This document shows positions 37,911 to 51,475 of a stretch of DNA of 64,000 nt, piece after piece. Below the pieces are notes generated by a model. It saw only the letters and a list, made by a program, of their open reading frames with translations, did no database searches and was not told the DNA's origin. The stretch lies in contig NW_021832223.1 in assembly GCF_006345805.1 (NCBI RefSeq), forward strand, positions 310,001 to 374,000, in the 5' to 3' direction. The DNA is from Octopus sinensis (lineage: Eukaryota). Numbering within the stretch: position 1 is the first letter of the stretch; every line of letters starts with the position of its first letter. Position numbers and translations under genes: made by a program.

Positions 37911-39391
37911 TCATTCCTGTACTTCTCTGAAAGCTCTGAAAACAGTAGACAACCTGGGAACACTCTGCTGAAATAAAGGACCGTTCATTTCACTGAGCTG
38001 CCTGATGGTCGCCAGAGTAATCACTTTTATGTTCTGCGACCAGTGAGACATTGAGGTCTTGTAGAGGGCGGGGATGAATGCCTTGTAGGCATCAGAGTAG
38101 TGTTCTGAGATAATTTTGACCATCCAGTTCTCTTGGACACTCAAAAGAGTAGTCTCAGCAATCTAAAGTATTACAAATCACGGAACTGGAGAAAATTGAT
38201 TTTCGAAGCAATGAGCCCAAAAAACGAGAAACCTTTTTATAGACTGATCGGCCAGCTGAGGGGGGTCTGCATGTAAAAGAATCCCCCTCATTTCACACAC
38301 AAAATACAACTAAACTAAAAAACCCCCACAAACCCCCTTCCGAGAATCATTTCGCGGAAAATATCTGATTAAATATTCTAGAATATTTTGGCCAAATCTT
38401 TTGTCTCTTCCCACGAAAGTTTGAATGCAATTTGACAACTAAAGACGTGCACTGGGCCCCGACCTGTCGATGAAATAGAGGCATGGAACGAGTTCTGTAC
38501 AGAGGGAGAATAAAGTTGATCACAAAGTCAATATTCTGCTGTTTGAATGGCACACTGAATCCTTCGAGAAAACTATCATGTTGATGAGGTAAAACCTCAA
38601 ATATGAGGACAACAATTCCCCCACTCCGTTAAATCTTTCTCCCGCGTAAATAAACCTAAATTTGACCCCGAACAGCCCACCCCGAAAGCACATCTTGTAT
38701 TTGTTTGTGCACAAACATTCTGACCCAAAGCAGTTTCTGATATATTTTTTTCAGTATTTTTTCAAGCCAGTTCCGTTCTCTCAAATCCTGTGAGTCAAAA
38801 AGGTAGATAAGCTAAGGCAGTCAATCTTAGGGGTACCCTCCTTACGAACTGCTTGTTGATCCTCTTTCGGTCTCCACTGGGTGACAGGCTCTTCAAGTCC
38901 AACAAGTTGAGGAGAAATTGGTAGACCAACTGCCCTGTAAGGAAAGAGTACTTCGAGGTGGGGCCAGGAGACTTCCACGAATGACTCCAATCCTTCAATG
39001 TCCACTCCACGGTGGTAGTCACATGGAGGTAGTTCACGGAAGATGTTGACAGTCACCATGTGGTAGGAAGAGGAGAAGAAATTGTCCCCGAACTGGTGTC
39101 GACAATTTGTGGCGCAAAAGTCAATAATTTCGCACAAAAGAGCCCGTTTTATTTCCTTTTCCCTCAATAAACTTAAATTGTCATTAAAGTCGAAAAGGAA
39201 ACAGCACGACTCCAATTTTTTGATACACAAATTCTCCTTAGTGGGGATATTGCCGATGTCTGGATGTAGAAAGTGGGTTTACCACGAAGGAGACATCCCT
39301 GTCCGTAGTTCTCGGGGATCCTTACATCCTTGGTTCGTCGGCTGTTGATTTTTTGCACGTGTGGTGATACTCTATCGACGTTCATAAACAC
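37911..39391 (-). CDS. PPP2R5: PP2A regulatory subunit B' (B56)
   Basis: IKKLESCCFLFDF..KEIKR, VNIFRELPP, EVSWPHLE, FDSQD.RER, ERFNGVGELL, SHWSQNI. Confidence 0.92.
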
Positions 39392-39740
39392 ATTTAAAAT
39401 CGTAGATTAATGTTTTTATTGCTAACGGTTGCACGATTAGACACGCATTGATGTTTCCAGAACAACTGATTTTATATGCAATCAACTGCCCATACCACAC
39501 AAACATTCACAACCTCACTGCTTTTAATGGGGTAATTATCCCCTACTTTTTAATACTTTCCGACACTTTCTAGAAATCTCTGCAAGTTTCCTGTGCTTTC
39601 TGGAACTTTCCGAGAGTGACACTCAACCTGCTCACTGAGTATTTGAAAAAACACTTCCCGATGAGAGGAAGGAAATGATTTAAAATGGCCGACTTAGTAA
39701 CCAGTAAAAGTCTCTTATTAACAAAACAAAATTCCCATAA

Positions 39741-40709
39741 TTAAACTAAGTTGGAATAAAGCAAAGAAATGCCAAAGAAGAACACAATCCAGATGATGGG
39801 AAATAACTCCAAAACTGATTTAATGAGATCCAAAAGTGATATATATTCCAAATGAATCCTATTCGATCTAACATATAATGCCATAACAGACCTCTTTGAG
39901 TACATTTTACTGACAGCCACAGCCTCCTCGCACTGAGGACACGTGTGGTGGCCACCCACGACACACCAAGTGAAGATGCAGTGGTTGTGGAATCTGAATA
40001 ATCACAAAATAAATATACTCGTGTCCACAACTGAGGACTTTTTTCAAACTTTGGCCTTCTTTGTCAAAGGGAAAGTCATTGGGGGCTCCACAAATACTGC
40101 AGAGAGTGGGGTCACATTGGACGGTGGGCAGTTCAGTTGAGGACTAGAACACTCTCATTAAAAATGTACTTTAAAACATTTGGAAAAGTACGGGAAAATG
40201 ACAGTTGCGAACTGTTTGATTAGAAGACTGAAGTAGACCCCCGTGAACAGAGAGTTAGGCATTACCACAATCTTTCCTCTTTTGCTCATAATGGTGACAA
40301 GAGTCCACAGCAAACACGTGATGCTCACAAATAATCCGAATATTGTCAACAACTCGAATATCTGAAAAAACACGTTTATACTCACGGAAATGGCACTAAG
40401 TTAAATAACCATGTGGGGTGTACTTGACGTATTTGGGGGGAATTTCCTTCCTGTAATCGACCAAGATGGCCACAAGGGCAGTCAGGGACAGGAGTACCCA
40501 GATGGTGGTGAATACGGCCATGTTGTTAAGACAGGCAAATATAGTTCCACTGGACCACAGGATGACCAAGAAGATTGTCTGACATTTATGGATGGGAGTC
40601 TTACCTGTGCGTACTTGGGGGCTTGTCTGGCCACTATAAAGAGAACGAGGTGGATTGCCCAGTATATACAGCCTATCAAGACCACTGTTTTTTGCAACGT
40701 TAAGGTCAT
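39741..40709 (-). CDS. RNF121: Multi-pass membrane RING-H2 E3 ligase RNF121/175
   Basis: About 5 TM segments, then CSIC..CGHEFHNHCIFTWCVVGGHHTCPQC and a C-terminal hydrophobic helix. Introns 26, 28, 26, 25 and 24 nt. Confidence 0.82.
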
Positions 40710-40846
40710 TAGGATATGTCAAAAATATTATTTCCAAATATATACTTTACTGATTTATTTCATCAGAATTACTTATTATTTCTAATAAAATGATAACTAA
40801 AAATAAATTAAACTTCTAGTGGGGAAATGACTAAAAATGAATAAAA

Positions 40847-42147
40847 TTAAAAAGAATAAAAATTAATCAACTTATCAGCACCACAACTAACAACACAATT
40901 CTCCCTCGTCCACTGCACATCAAAAACCTTATCAGAATGACCCCCCAAGTCAAACACAGGCGAACCAGGCCTACAATAATAAAATGCCCTACATTCTGGT
41001 ATCCCACATCTTGACCAACCCATCATACGACCCACTCACGAAGGAATACTCGCACAACCCACTCCAACTGACCCCCACCACCCAACTCGTGTGCGAACTA
41101 AAAGCACAGTCCGTCCTATTCCCAGACCGAGGGTCATGCAACCGCACGTGCCTATCAGCCGACCCCGACAGGACTGTCCTCGACAACTCCCCCCAGGCCA
41201 CCCTCAACACAGGCTGGCTTAACGACTGCCACTTCATTATAAACAAATACCAAACTGAGGATTTCCTCCGTGGTGTGGGGACTCCACATTTTGAGTGTTC
41301 TGTCAAATGAGGAGGTGATGACGTAATCCTGACCCACCCAATCGACGCACGTGGGTGGCTGAGAGTGGACTTTCCAGGACAGGACTGGCTCAGAGGGGTC
41401 GTCCTTGTCCCACAATTTGAGCAGATTGTCCAATCCAAGACTAGCAAACTGCATTGAGAGTGTCCTCCCTTACCTTGGAGGAGTCTGAGGTCACTTTTAT
41501 ACTCAGGACTGCCTGGTCATGTGCTTGGATGGACTGTCGTACCACAAACTGTCCATTCTGAGGGGTGAACTCACAAATGGCCATCCTTCCGTCGTACAGT
41601 CCACAAATGCAATCCATTTGGTCCCCACAACTCAGCCAACTGCCACAGTTGATGGGTTGGGTGGACAGTCTGAGAGATATGGGGTGGGATACCCCTCCTT
41701 GGTGGACTGCCACACTCCCATCGAAGGAGGAGGCGAGGACACTGAGGGTGACATTAGTTGAGTACGTGTTGTTATGACTGTCTATTCGATATATCCAGTC
41801 TTTATTTGTTAGTTGTTTTGATAGTTCTGGTTTGGAGAGTGTTTTGACGTATTCGATGGACAGTATTTGTTCCTTGGTGTGACTAGTGGATGAGAACTGT
41901 TGATATTTTGTTAGTTTGGATGAATTCCCCCACAGGGCCAGTGATTCGGTGTCCGTTGTTGAGGTATTCGAAGGAGATGGATTGTTCTGAGGACAGCAGT
42001 CGGCTCAATATTTTATCAAAGTCGACTGGCTTCCAGGATTTGTCGATGGATAGAGGCACCTCGCCCACGGACCATCTTTTTTATAGGAGGAAATTCTTAC
42101 TTTTCTTGTTTTGTAAAAAACCTGGTTTGAACACAACCTTCCAACAT
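40847..42147 (-). CDS. WDR12: Ribosome biogenesis WD-repeat protein WDR12/Ytm1
   Basis: VQTRFFTKQEK N-terminal NLE domain, DWIS, SGSADRHVRLHDPR, SHTSWV..V.W, SGSYDGLVKMWDTR, GHSDKV. Confidence 0.9.
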
Positions 42148-42532
42148 GCACACGTTAGTTGTTTTAAATTTATTTATCAAAATATAGAGAATCTAATGTG
42201 ATTTTATTTATATTCATTCAACCTACACACAATAAAAGATTATCCACAAAAATAATTTCATAAGAAATATAATCGCAGCGTTGTCCAATGAAAATACACT
42301 CTGTGCTTTAAAAAATCAAAAAGACAATTTCCTGGCAAGTACAAAGTAAAAGAAAACTATAAGATCAAACTTTTCAAATAAGCTTGGGATTGGTGTAAGA
42401 TACTGCTGCATTAAATTCTTTTAAATGTATACAAATGTCGATAATGGGAAATGCAATGCATGTCCAATTAGTCAAACAATAGTCCAACGGCACTATAATT
42501 CACAATCAAAATTTGGTTTTAAAGAATAAAAT

Positions 42533-42885
42533 GGGATGTCACAGTTGTGGATACCTTTTCGAAATCGAGGATCCATTCTTCTGCGGCAAACCCTTGTTCG
42601 GCTGCAAACCACGCCGAAAAGATCAAAATACACAAATATTCTTCGCTCGCAGACCGCTACCGCGTTACGGCAATCGCCCTGGAGACCGCTGGAGTTGCAG
42701 GAAAGGAGACTGACTCGTTCCTCAAAGAGGTCGGGAAGTCCATCGGGAGGAGGCTCAAGGACTCGAGAGAGGGCCTCTGGCTCCGCCAGCGCATCGGCCT
42801 GGCCATTGTTCGGGGCAACGCACACTGCGTCCTCGCCGCTGGAACTTAACGATTTTCGGTGTTAGTTGTTTTTGTAAATAAAAAA
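42533..42885 (+). mobile_element. 5'-truncated CRE-like non-LTR element with A-rich tail
   Basis: DVTVVDTF..AANHAEKIKIHKY..IALETAG..WLRQRIGLAIVRGNA. 12-bp TSD AAAGAATAAAAT at 42521-32 and 42886-97. Confidence 0.88.
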
Positions 42886-43021
42886 AAAGAATAAAATCAA
42901 TCTGACTCATTGTGGTTTGGTCAACAAAAATTTATCGATGTGTCTATTCGGAGTTGACTGCGGTTATTCCAAAAATAAACACAACTCTCGGGCTCAGAAC
43001 AGTACGAAATAAATAAAACTA

Positions 43022-44533
43022 CAGTAAAACCTCTCGAATCCGCCGATTTTTTGGTCGGTCCCAAAATCGGCGGATTCGAGAAGCAATTTAAATAATATTT
43101 TATAGTTGAAATATGAACTTACAATATAGATTAAGTATTTCTTTTTATATACAAATGACTGAATACATAAAATTATTTATATTCAAAAAAATCAGAAATT
43201 TTATTTTTTTTAATTGATTTTCTTAACATTTCCCCAATTCGCATAATATTTTCATGATCATCTATATCTGCATTTACCTGAGAAGCATAAGTTTTAATAA
43301 TCTCTAGAGCTCTGAAGGCTTCTGAGAGATCAACTTTTTTCTCATTTGATTCCTCTTCAATAATTGTTTCCTAAGTATAATTATTAAATAAAATCACTAA
43401 CTGATTGAACTTTTTTTTGACTGTAATGTACCAGCTTGTTCAGATTTGTCTAAAAATTCGATTAGCTCTTCATTTTCAGTATATCCGTAATCAACAAATT
43501 CACTATAAGATATTGGATCGTCAATTTGAAATTTCTTCATGATTATTTTCGTAGTTCTTAGATTCACTGTTGATTGTGATTGTTTCACATTTTATCCATT
43601 GTGAAATGGGTGTAGGTAACATATTTTCCAATGTTGAAATTTTTAAAACACCTTGGACTTTTGAATCTTCCTATCATCACAGGCCTTCTTTTATCGGAAC
43701 CAGAACAATTTGCGCATAATAATAACGAAAATCGATCCTTCGACAACTTTATTCCAGGCCGTGATTTGGTGCACACACTTTTGGAAGGAATCGCCTTGTA
43801 AAAAACACCAGTTTCATCTGCATTATAAACATTGTCCAATCCATATTGTTCAATTTTTAAACGCATTGTTTCATTAAAATCAGTAATAGATTTTTCATCA
43901 TGATTTACTGATCCACTGTCTCCGTGATATTTTCTTAACTTGATAGCATTTCGTAATTTAAACTTTTCTAGCCACCCACGACTTGCTTTAAATTCTGGAA
44001 AATTTTTTCCAAACTTAAGAGCTTTTGCAATTAACATCGAATCTGATAGAATTGCTCCACTAGATTCCATTAAGTTAATCCATGTTATCATCGCTACATC
44101 AATTTCATTAAATTTGAGTTTTGGAATTCTCGTTATGTTTAATTTTTTGATGTCAGTCCTATTCAAAAGGTCCGATTTTGATTTAAGGTCGTTTATAGTT
44201 CTCAGAGAAATTTTCTTTTTTAACCGTGAAGAAAAATCCTGGAAATTTGAGGTGCAGAAACGAATGGGTTGTCAGAAATATAACGTAGTATAGAAATTTT
44301 TCGTTGATAGAAAGTCTAACACAGCGACGCATCACAAAAATACAATTAACGTGTAATGAGAATTTTAAAATGTTAATTAATTTAACTTACAATTAGATAA
44401 ACAAATTATTTTTCATAATACTTGAGGAGCGGATTCGAGAAACAAGCGGATTCAAGAATCATTCATAGGAAATTTCAAATTTTTGATTAAAACAAGCGGA
44501 TTCGAGAAGCAGCGGATTCGAGAGGTTTCACTG
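43022..44533 (-). mobile_element. pogo/Tigger transposon, internally deleted
   Basis: 22-bp TIRs CAGT[AG]AAACCTCTCGAATCCGC with TA TSD. CENP-B HTH (FKASRGWLEKFKLR) and NVYNADETG. The DDE domain is truncated after YTHF. Confidence 0.92.
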
Positions 44534-45069
44534 TATCTAGTTGTACTGCATTCGTGACTGATGGCATCTCATAGTGCAAATAATATCATGTTTAGGCAAT
44601 GAATTTAGGACAAAGTGACATTCTCCACATTTGAAGCTACGAAACACCAACAGTCCTACTCTTTTATAATAATTTGTCGCATCAAATTTATGGTTAATAA
44701 AGAAGGAATTTTAGACTTACCAAAAATGTGGCAGAGTTAATGATCAAGAATAATGGATGTTATCAGTGCCTTAAATAAATTTCCTGACATCTTAATGACA
44801 ACTAAGATGGTTCTCGAAGTTAGTTTATCTCTGATTGATGATAGAATTACTAAATTTGGCCTCACCTTTAAAAAATTACCAAAATAATATTAATGGCCTC
44901 CATATGCATAAGTATTCAAATCCCCTCAACTGCGAATAGAATGACCAGAGCAGACCAATAAATGTTGTATGCAGTAAAGCGAATAGAATAACCCTGACTC
45001 CAACAACTCCCAATCTACTAACTAGAAATACTGTCATAAATTAGTCAACAAAATTAAATAAACAGGGAA

Positions 45070-46257
45070 TTAAGGACCAATCTGTGGACAAAGGGGGACG
45101 TGGTGTAGTGAACAGTGAAAAACACGACAACCGCGAATGCAATGGAGATGGGGAGAGCAGGCAATGCCCGGTTGGCCACAACCAGCAAGGCGAGAGTAAA
45201 AATCAGACCCTACAGTCCTCACCCAAGCAATACCACAAGAATGGCCACCAAACAAAAAACAACACTTATCCCATCTCCCGACGAGGTGGCCCTCCCAACC
45301 AGAATTGAGTAAAAAATGAAATCCCCCAGTCCCAGTTTAGGCCCCTCATCCTCCTCCCTGACCTCCTCCCCCTCTGGGGAAGCCATCGTGGCTACCAAAC
45401 TCCCCTCCAAAGTGAATACAGTAAATCAGCGAGGGCATGATTTGTTCATTCCGTTCTTGTGCGGTCTCCACGAGCACTCTGAGGGGACCACGCGGACAAA
45501 GGACGGCCACAAGGTCTAAATGAGAGTACTCAGTCAACCCCAAATGGCCAGAATCCCCAAGACAGTCCAGGTAGACCACTCCGGGAGGTACCGAATGAAA
45601 ATGAGAGCGCAGAGGACAGAGAAATAGATGAGATATACTTGCTGGACTACTCGGGGGGAGGAGTTGTTGATGTGTACGTGGAGTACTCCGAACACACCAA
45701 TATTCCACGTCAACACAACAGCCGATATTATGTCCACAGGAATTCTAAAATGCTTGCAAACATTCCTATATATAAGCAGTGACCAACCATAGAAAGTCGT
45801 ATGTGAAGAAAAAGAGAATCATACAGGAGGAGAAGAGAAGCCAGCCATTGATGATCTAATTGGGAGGGGAGAGTACCTTGTAGTACTTCTTGACATAAAG
45901 AAAGACCAGGAGGACGGTCATGGCCACGACAAAGGCAATGAATATGAGAGCATTGAGGAATACATTGCTCACAATTATGTTGTCGGAGGAGTCTGTCTCC
46001 GAGAGGGGAGTGTAGATGCTTAAATATGGAATGTGTAGTACAGCTGTGTCTCAGTTCTGGAGTAGACGGGGATGGTCTTGACTACGCAGATGACTATGGC
46101 CATGCACAGTGTCACCGGCTTTAGGACGGAGAGGAGACTATCTGGACCATAGTCTTTGGTGGCTGGCAATGTAACTTTGTTTGATACGTCGATTATTTGT
46201 GGGCTCTGTGGGGTCTGGGTGGTCTGTCAGTGATATTGGGGCAGTCTCGTCCTCCAT
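45070..46257 (-). CDS. PSEN: Presenilin (gamma-secretase catalytic subunit)
   Basis: [15 protein letters not shown]|[35 protein letters not shown] and ALPALPISI. Both catalytic Asp residues are present. Confidence 0.96.
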
Positions 46258-46605
46258 TCAGGACCACAAGAAATTAATTGGAATTTATTTAATAAATTTT
46301 AAAAACATTATAATATCCTTTAAAAACAACACTATTCAAAAACAAACAAGGCTGACTAAACACTTAATAATACTCACTAATCCGTCATAAGCCCATCGAC
46401 CCTCAACCTACACCACCTGTGAGTGACTGAGAAGGAATCATTAATGTGCAATATCGATATATCAATTGGTGTGATAAGCCGAATTATAAGCAATATAAAT
46501 ACGTCTTATCAAGTCGTTAAAGTTGACTGTCTGCAGATCAAAGAAAGACTATTATTCATACGAGATTAATCGTATATAAATGTCTTGTGCCGTTCCCCTC
46601 GTGCA

Positions 46606-47705
46606 ATGCCGCTCTATGTCTTCCTACTCTGCCTTACTACTTCTCGCAAACATTGGTAGGCTTTCCTCTCATTTATAGGCTACAAATGTCTCGCATACCA
46701 CGGGAAATTATCCAAACTAATGATCTCCTTTCTGTAGCACGACAAATCCAGAGTTACTGCAGTCCTACATTCGGACTTGAAGAATACCAATCAGAGATAT
46801 GCCGAAAAAATCCCTCACACATTCAAATACTAATCAAAGCCTCTAAACTGGCTCTAACCGAATGCCAGAGAATATTCAAGAACGATCGCTGGCAGTGCAA
46901 CCCGCAAACTCGAGGCAATCAATCCCTCTTCTCCTACATCCTCAACTACCGTAACGAGCATTGTAATTCCTCCTTAGCAAATAAGGAGACCGCCTTCCTC
47001 AACGCCTTGTCGACCGCTGCCTTGCATTACACACTGGCAGAGGACTGCAAAGAAGGGAGGCTGCCGAGGGACTGCGGGTGCTCCATTGGGCCCCCCTCTG
47101 AGTACATGCACGGGGAATGGGCGTGGAAGGGGTGTGGTGACAATGTCGAATATGGAGAGGAATTTTCCCGCCTTTTTACACAGGGCGGGAAAAAATCAGA
47201 GTACGACCTGGTTCGACGTAGAAATTGTGGCATTGGAATTAAAGTCGTCAAGGAGACTACCACTGTCCACTGTGACTGTCTTGGAAAAGGCGGGAAATGT
47301 GAAGCCAAAACGTGTTGGCAGAAATTGCCCGCCTTTCAAGTAGTGGGAAATCGAATCCAGGAATTGTACGACTCGGCAGTGCAGGTGGTGGAGGTGGGGG
47401 GAGGTCTGAGGACACATTTCCCCACGGACGTGATGAGGGAGGACACACTCGTCTATGTGGAGGGTTCCCCCAACTACTGCGAGCGATTCGAAGACTACGG
47501 AATTGAGGGAGTCGTCGGCCGTGAGTGCAACCCAAAAAACGAATCTCGACTGGATCTGCCGTACTGCCACAAATTATGCTGTGGAAGAGGATTTGAGAGA
47601 CAGGAAATAACCAAGGCAGAGAACTGCAATTGCCGATTCGTGTGGTGCTGTCGAGTGGAATGTGACACGTGCACAACTACTAAGGTTGCTTATTACTGTC
47701 TGTGA
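46606..47705 (+). CDS. WNT: Wnt ligand, divergent, lacking the acylation-site serine
   Basis: Wnt Cys scaffold: ECQ..F..DRWQC, KETAF, WAWKGCGDNVEYG, KTCW, SPNYC, GREC, LCCGRG, CNCRFVWCCRVECDTC. Introns 46656-678 (23 nt) and 46951-977 (27 nt). Confidence 0.93.
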
Positions 47706-47896
47706 ATAATATTTGACTAATCGTTTGATTTATTCTTAAATGTTAATTTACTTGATTATATATACACACATTGGGACATTCTAAATGTAACCAACAGAAG
47801 GCAAATATTAATAAAATTATTTATTTGATTTGAAAATTATCTCCAAGCCATTGCTACAAAATAATAATAAATATTCCAACATTAAATTTTCCTTGT

Positions 47897-50032
47897 TCAA
47901 TAAAAAAAATATGTTGACGAACAAAACAAATGCTTGCGAAAATATCCGGACTTCTCACTTCATAGTCACTCAGTCCTTCCAGAATCTTGAAAAACCTGCT
48001 TTTATTCATCTCAAGCTTTCCAATGTTCTTAGGTTACTTATAAATGAAACCTCCAACGACAGAATCATCAACTTGCCCAACACTTCATTGAACCTCCACT
48101 TCTCCCTCAAGTCCCGGTCTACTTTCTCCACCAATGTGAAATACCTAACGATAGAGCAACCTGCAGGCCCACCATTTTTCACATTTATGGCTTTTCAGTT
48201 GTACTCTTTGATACTGCTCTTCGTGGCGAAAGCATTCATTACGAAACAAGTCAATGTAGTCATTAAAATTGGTCATTTTTAGGTTGGACATTGCACTCAG
48301 ACGGGCACTGGCAATCCTCTTGCGAGACCTGCGGAATGTGAGGTGGCCAGACTTGTTCATGTCATCGAAGGCACACTCAAAATCGAGGTTGTTATCCTTT
48401 TGACAGATTTGAAATTCATTTTGTTTCTCGGTCAATTTCTTCATGTGGTCTAAATTTAGTTTTTGGTATTTTTTGCGGACTTTTTCACGTCTAGTCAACC
48501 ACTGAGCAATAATACTACATTTTGGACTTGTTCGAGTCCTGACTCACCATTTTGGACTCCTGGTAGTCCGACTTGAATATTTTCTCGACTTTTTTCTACG
48601 TTTATTCGACCAATCAACCGAAATCAGAATTCTCTTACTCAACATGCACCTCCCGTCCGGCCAATCCCTCCTAAACAGTTTGGTCGGCTGTCCTCACTTT
48701 GGGTAAATCACAGACTTCTTGGGGGTCTGAGGGACGTTCTCCCGGTCGTCCAAGTCCTCGTCGATTGAATACTCGAATGGACGAACCCTCAGTCTCTCAA
48801 AGTCCATGTCGATTTGGAACGAGGACTGACTCTCTTTTGTAGTCCCCACTCCTCTAACCTTCCAGACTCTCATCTGTGCTCTCAGATTTGCCAGTAGAGT
48901 CTGCAAAGTCCGAGATTTTGAGACCCAACGTCGAGTTTGAGCGTGGTCTGAGTGCTCTGGAAAAATTGCTTCTCTGACTATTAGATCAGATGGGCTACCT
49001 GAAGGGAGTTCCTTTTGGCCAGTCGGTCGGGAATGATATTTCTAGACCTAAGGGACCCCCCTTACCTCAAATTCCACGACTGGGATATTTTGAAGGGCAG
49101 AGGGGTGGGGAAATTCAAAATACTGGCCAGAATCCACAGCAATGAGCACAACTGGTTGAACAGTGAGGACCTGCAGAACTAAATCTGAGGAGATTGACTC
49201 ATTTGCGAATCTGTTTTTTGCAGAACTGAGTCCAAAACGACTCGGATTGAACAAAGAACTTTTAGGTCTTTCGACATTCCTCTTTTTAGCCCTAAATAGG
49301 TGTGGAATACATTTTTGTACTCCACATGGCCAGGAAGGTCGAGTTTGGAAATTTTCTTTGAGGATTTGGTTTTTGTTGAGTCCGAACGTTGTTTGTTGGG
49401 CGTCTCTGAGTAAAGGATCTCGACTTCCGAATCAGTGTCACTCGAGTCTGGCTCATTCCATTCTCTTTTCTTCATTTCTTTGATCATTTCGAGTTCTCTT
49501 TCCTGTTTTGAAAAGAGAGGATCGACCTTTTCGAGTCTCTCTGATTCAAATTTGTCGAATAAGGAATATCCGTTCTGTACCAATTTGAATAAGTGGCTAG
49601 ACCTTATAAAATTGCCTAACCGTTGTTTTTTCACTTTATTCTGCACAAAATAACTCGTGTTGCTCTTTGTGGTTTTCCTGAGAGACAGATTGGCCTAAAA
49701 TCACGTTTTTCCATTACAGGCATTCCTTCTGGCTCAGGCAGAAAGTCGGGAAACCATTCTTCTCTCCGAGGGACGTCAGTCTAAAGAACTCGCTCTAAGA
49801 AGTGAACTATTTTGACATTGAAAGATTTTTTGAGGAGTTCTTTGGTATTGAGGGTGAGTGTGTCGCCTATGATGCAGTAAGGCTTCAGGGGGGATGACTG
49901 AGAGCCTTGTTCTGTTTGTTGTTTCAGTCTCCGAGTGTAGTTGGCACTTCTTATGGCTTGCCGGTCGGGACAGTCAGTCATCATGACTGAGTTTGTTCTC
50001 ATCAATATTTTTTCATTTTTCTTTCCCTTCAT
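47897..50032 (-). CDS. Unidentified charged/low-complexity multi-exon gene candidate
   Basis: Several 70-155 aa open segments separable by 23-26 nt GT-AG introns. No family recognised. Confidence 0.35.
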
Positions 50033-50428
50033 GCACCGGTCTCCTAGGAAATTAAATTCTATATTTTATTAATATATTTTATAAATAATAAATTCCAATC
50101 AATAGTTTAATCCATTTTTATATTTTTAATTTTAAATTAATGTTTTCTAGTGGCGTTTGTTTGTCTACATTTCTTCTCGACTGTTCTAGAATATTCCCCA
50201 GTCTTGCCACTCATTCACGAACTCATTTTTACAAAAGCAAACCCCGACGTGGCCCAAGGATCTATTTCAGACCAAGTTATATAATGAGGACTAATGACCA
50301 CGGACTAAACTCAAGACTGGCAACAGAGAAAGGCAAAGTCATGCTTTTTAAACGTCTCATTAAAGGACGACATGTTCTCTCTCACTGGTGATTCTCTAAA
50401 ATAAGCTTTTTAATCTTATTTATTCGAA

Positions 50429-51202
50429 TTATAAACATTTAAACGCTCTTTCTAACAGAAAACACTGGCATTCCCTCAGTATACAGGAGGGGGGCTTAAA
50501 CAATGTGTGTACAGTCGACTTGAAGACATAGCCTGCTGATATTTCTGGCCCAGGGAGTACAACAGCCTGAGTAATACAGTTACGGGTGATGGAGGGTGGC
50601 TGGGATTCCAACTCGAGCACTCTACAAACACAGTCCTCTAGCAGGACTGCTCTGATGGGCCAGTAATGGCATGGTCTGCTTGTCTGCTCAAATGATGGGA
50701 GTCTTATAGTAGGTTCTTCCAGGCAGGAAAACTCCTCTTCGGAATTATAAAGGTCAGCTGTGAAGAGAACGGCTGAGGTAAAGTCAGAGTAGTCACTGAA
50801 TGTCTTTATAAACCTCTCTTCTTTAAATATGGGTGATTTTTGGCCTATAAATAGAGATTCGATTGGAGAGGGAATGTGAAGAAGGGGGAGAGGGGTGGGT
50901 AGTCTATTATTGGAGGGGGGAGTTGGGTGGTTGGTCGACAGTTCAGGCATGGGGAGACATTCAAAGTATAAGGGGGTGTCCACTTTGTCAAATATTTCTT
51001 CATTTGTGTCGATTTGGGGCAATGTTGGGATAAGCTTAGTAAATTGGATTGGACTGTCTTCAGATTTCTTATTTATTTTAAAAGATTTGTAGATTGTTGA
51101 TATTTTTGTTGGAGAAATGTTGGAAAGGTCTCCAGGAAGTTTGAAAACAATTAATTTCAGTATATTTGGATCTTTATGGGAATAGTATATATAACGTGGC
51201 AT
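50429..51202 (-). CDS. Hypothetical protein (257-aa ORF, Pro-rich middle)
   Basis: Long ATG-initiated ORF in AT-rich DNA. No recognisable motif; may continue through introns toward about 50140. Confidence 0.45.
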   Translation of the reverse strand: MPRYIYYSHKDPNILKLIVFKLPGDLSNISPTKISTIYKSFKINKKSEDSPIQFTKLIPTLPQIDTNEEIFDKVDTPLYFECLPMPELSTNHPTPPSNNRLPTPLPLLHIPSPIESLFIGQKSPIFKEERFIKTFSDYSDFTSAVLFTADLYNSEEEFSCLEEPTIRLPSFEQTSRPCHYWPIRAVLLEDCVCRVLELESQPPSITRNCITQAVVLPGPEISAGYVFKSTVHTLFKPPSCILRECQCFLLERAFKCL

Positions 51203-51311
51203 GTTAAAGTGAATGAAAGTTCCCTCAATTTTAAATGTGGTTCGCCAATGATAATTTATATTAATTAACTAAATAATTAATTAATATTAATTAACTAAAT
51301 AATTAACAAAA

Positions 51312-51343
51312 ACCACGGTAAAAGCAGTACAAATTAAACACGT
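51312..51343. repeat. Second copy of the 32-bp intergenic motif
   Basis: See 19863-19894. Confidence 0.8.
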
Positions 51344-51475
51344 TTCTAACATCAGAAAAATGTACGTAAACAATGTTAAATTAGAACAAATGATTTTAAT
51401 AGGAAAATGAAAACTTCGTAGAAATGAGCTTACGAAACACAGTTTACTTAAATACCAATTGCACATAATTAATTA

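Noticed and set aside
44620-44790. Possible mariner C-terminal remnant (GILDLPKMWQ..NNGCY)
   Set aside because: Only a short weak motif, with no TIR found.
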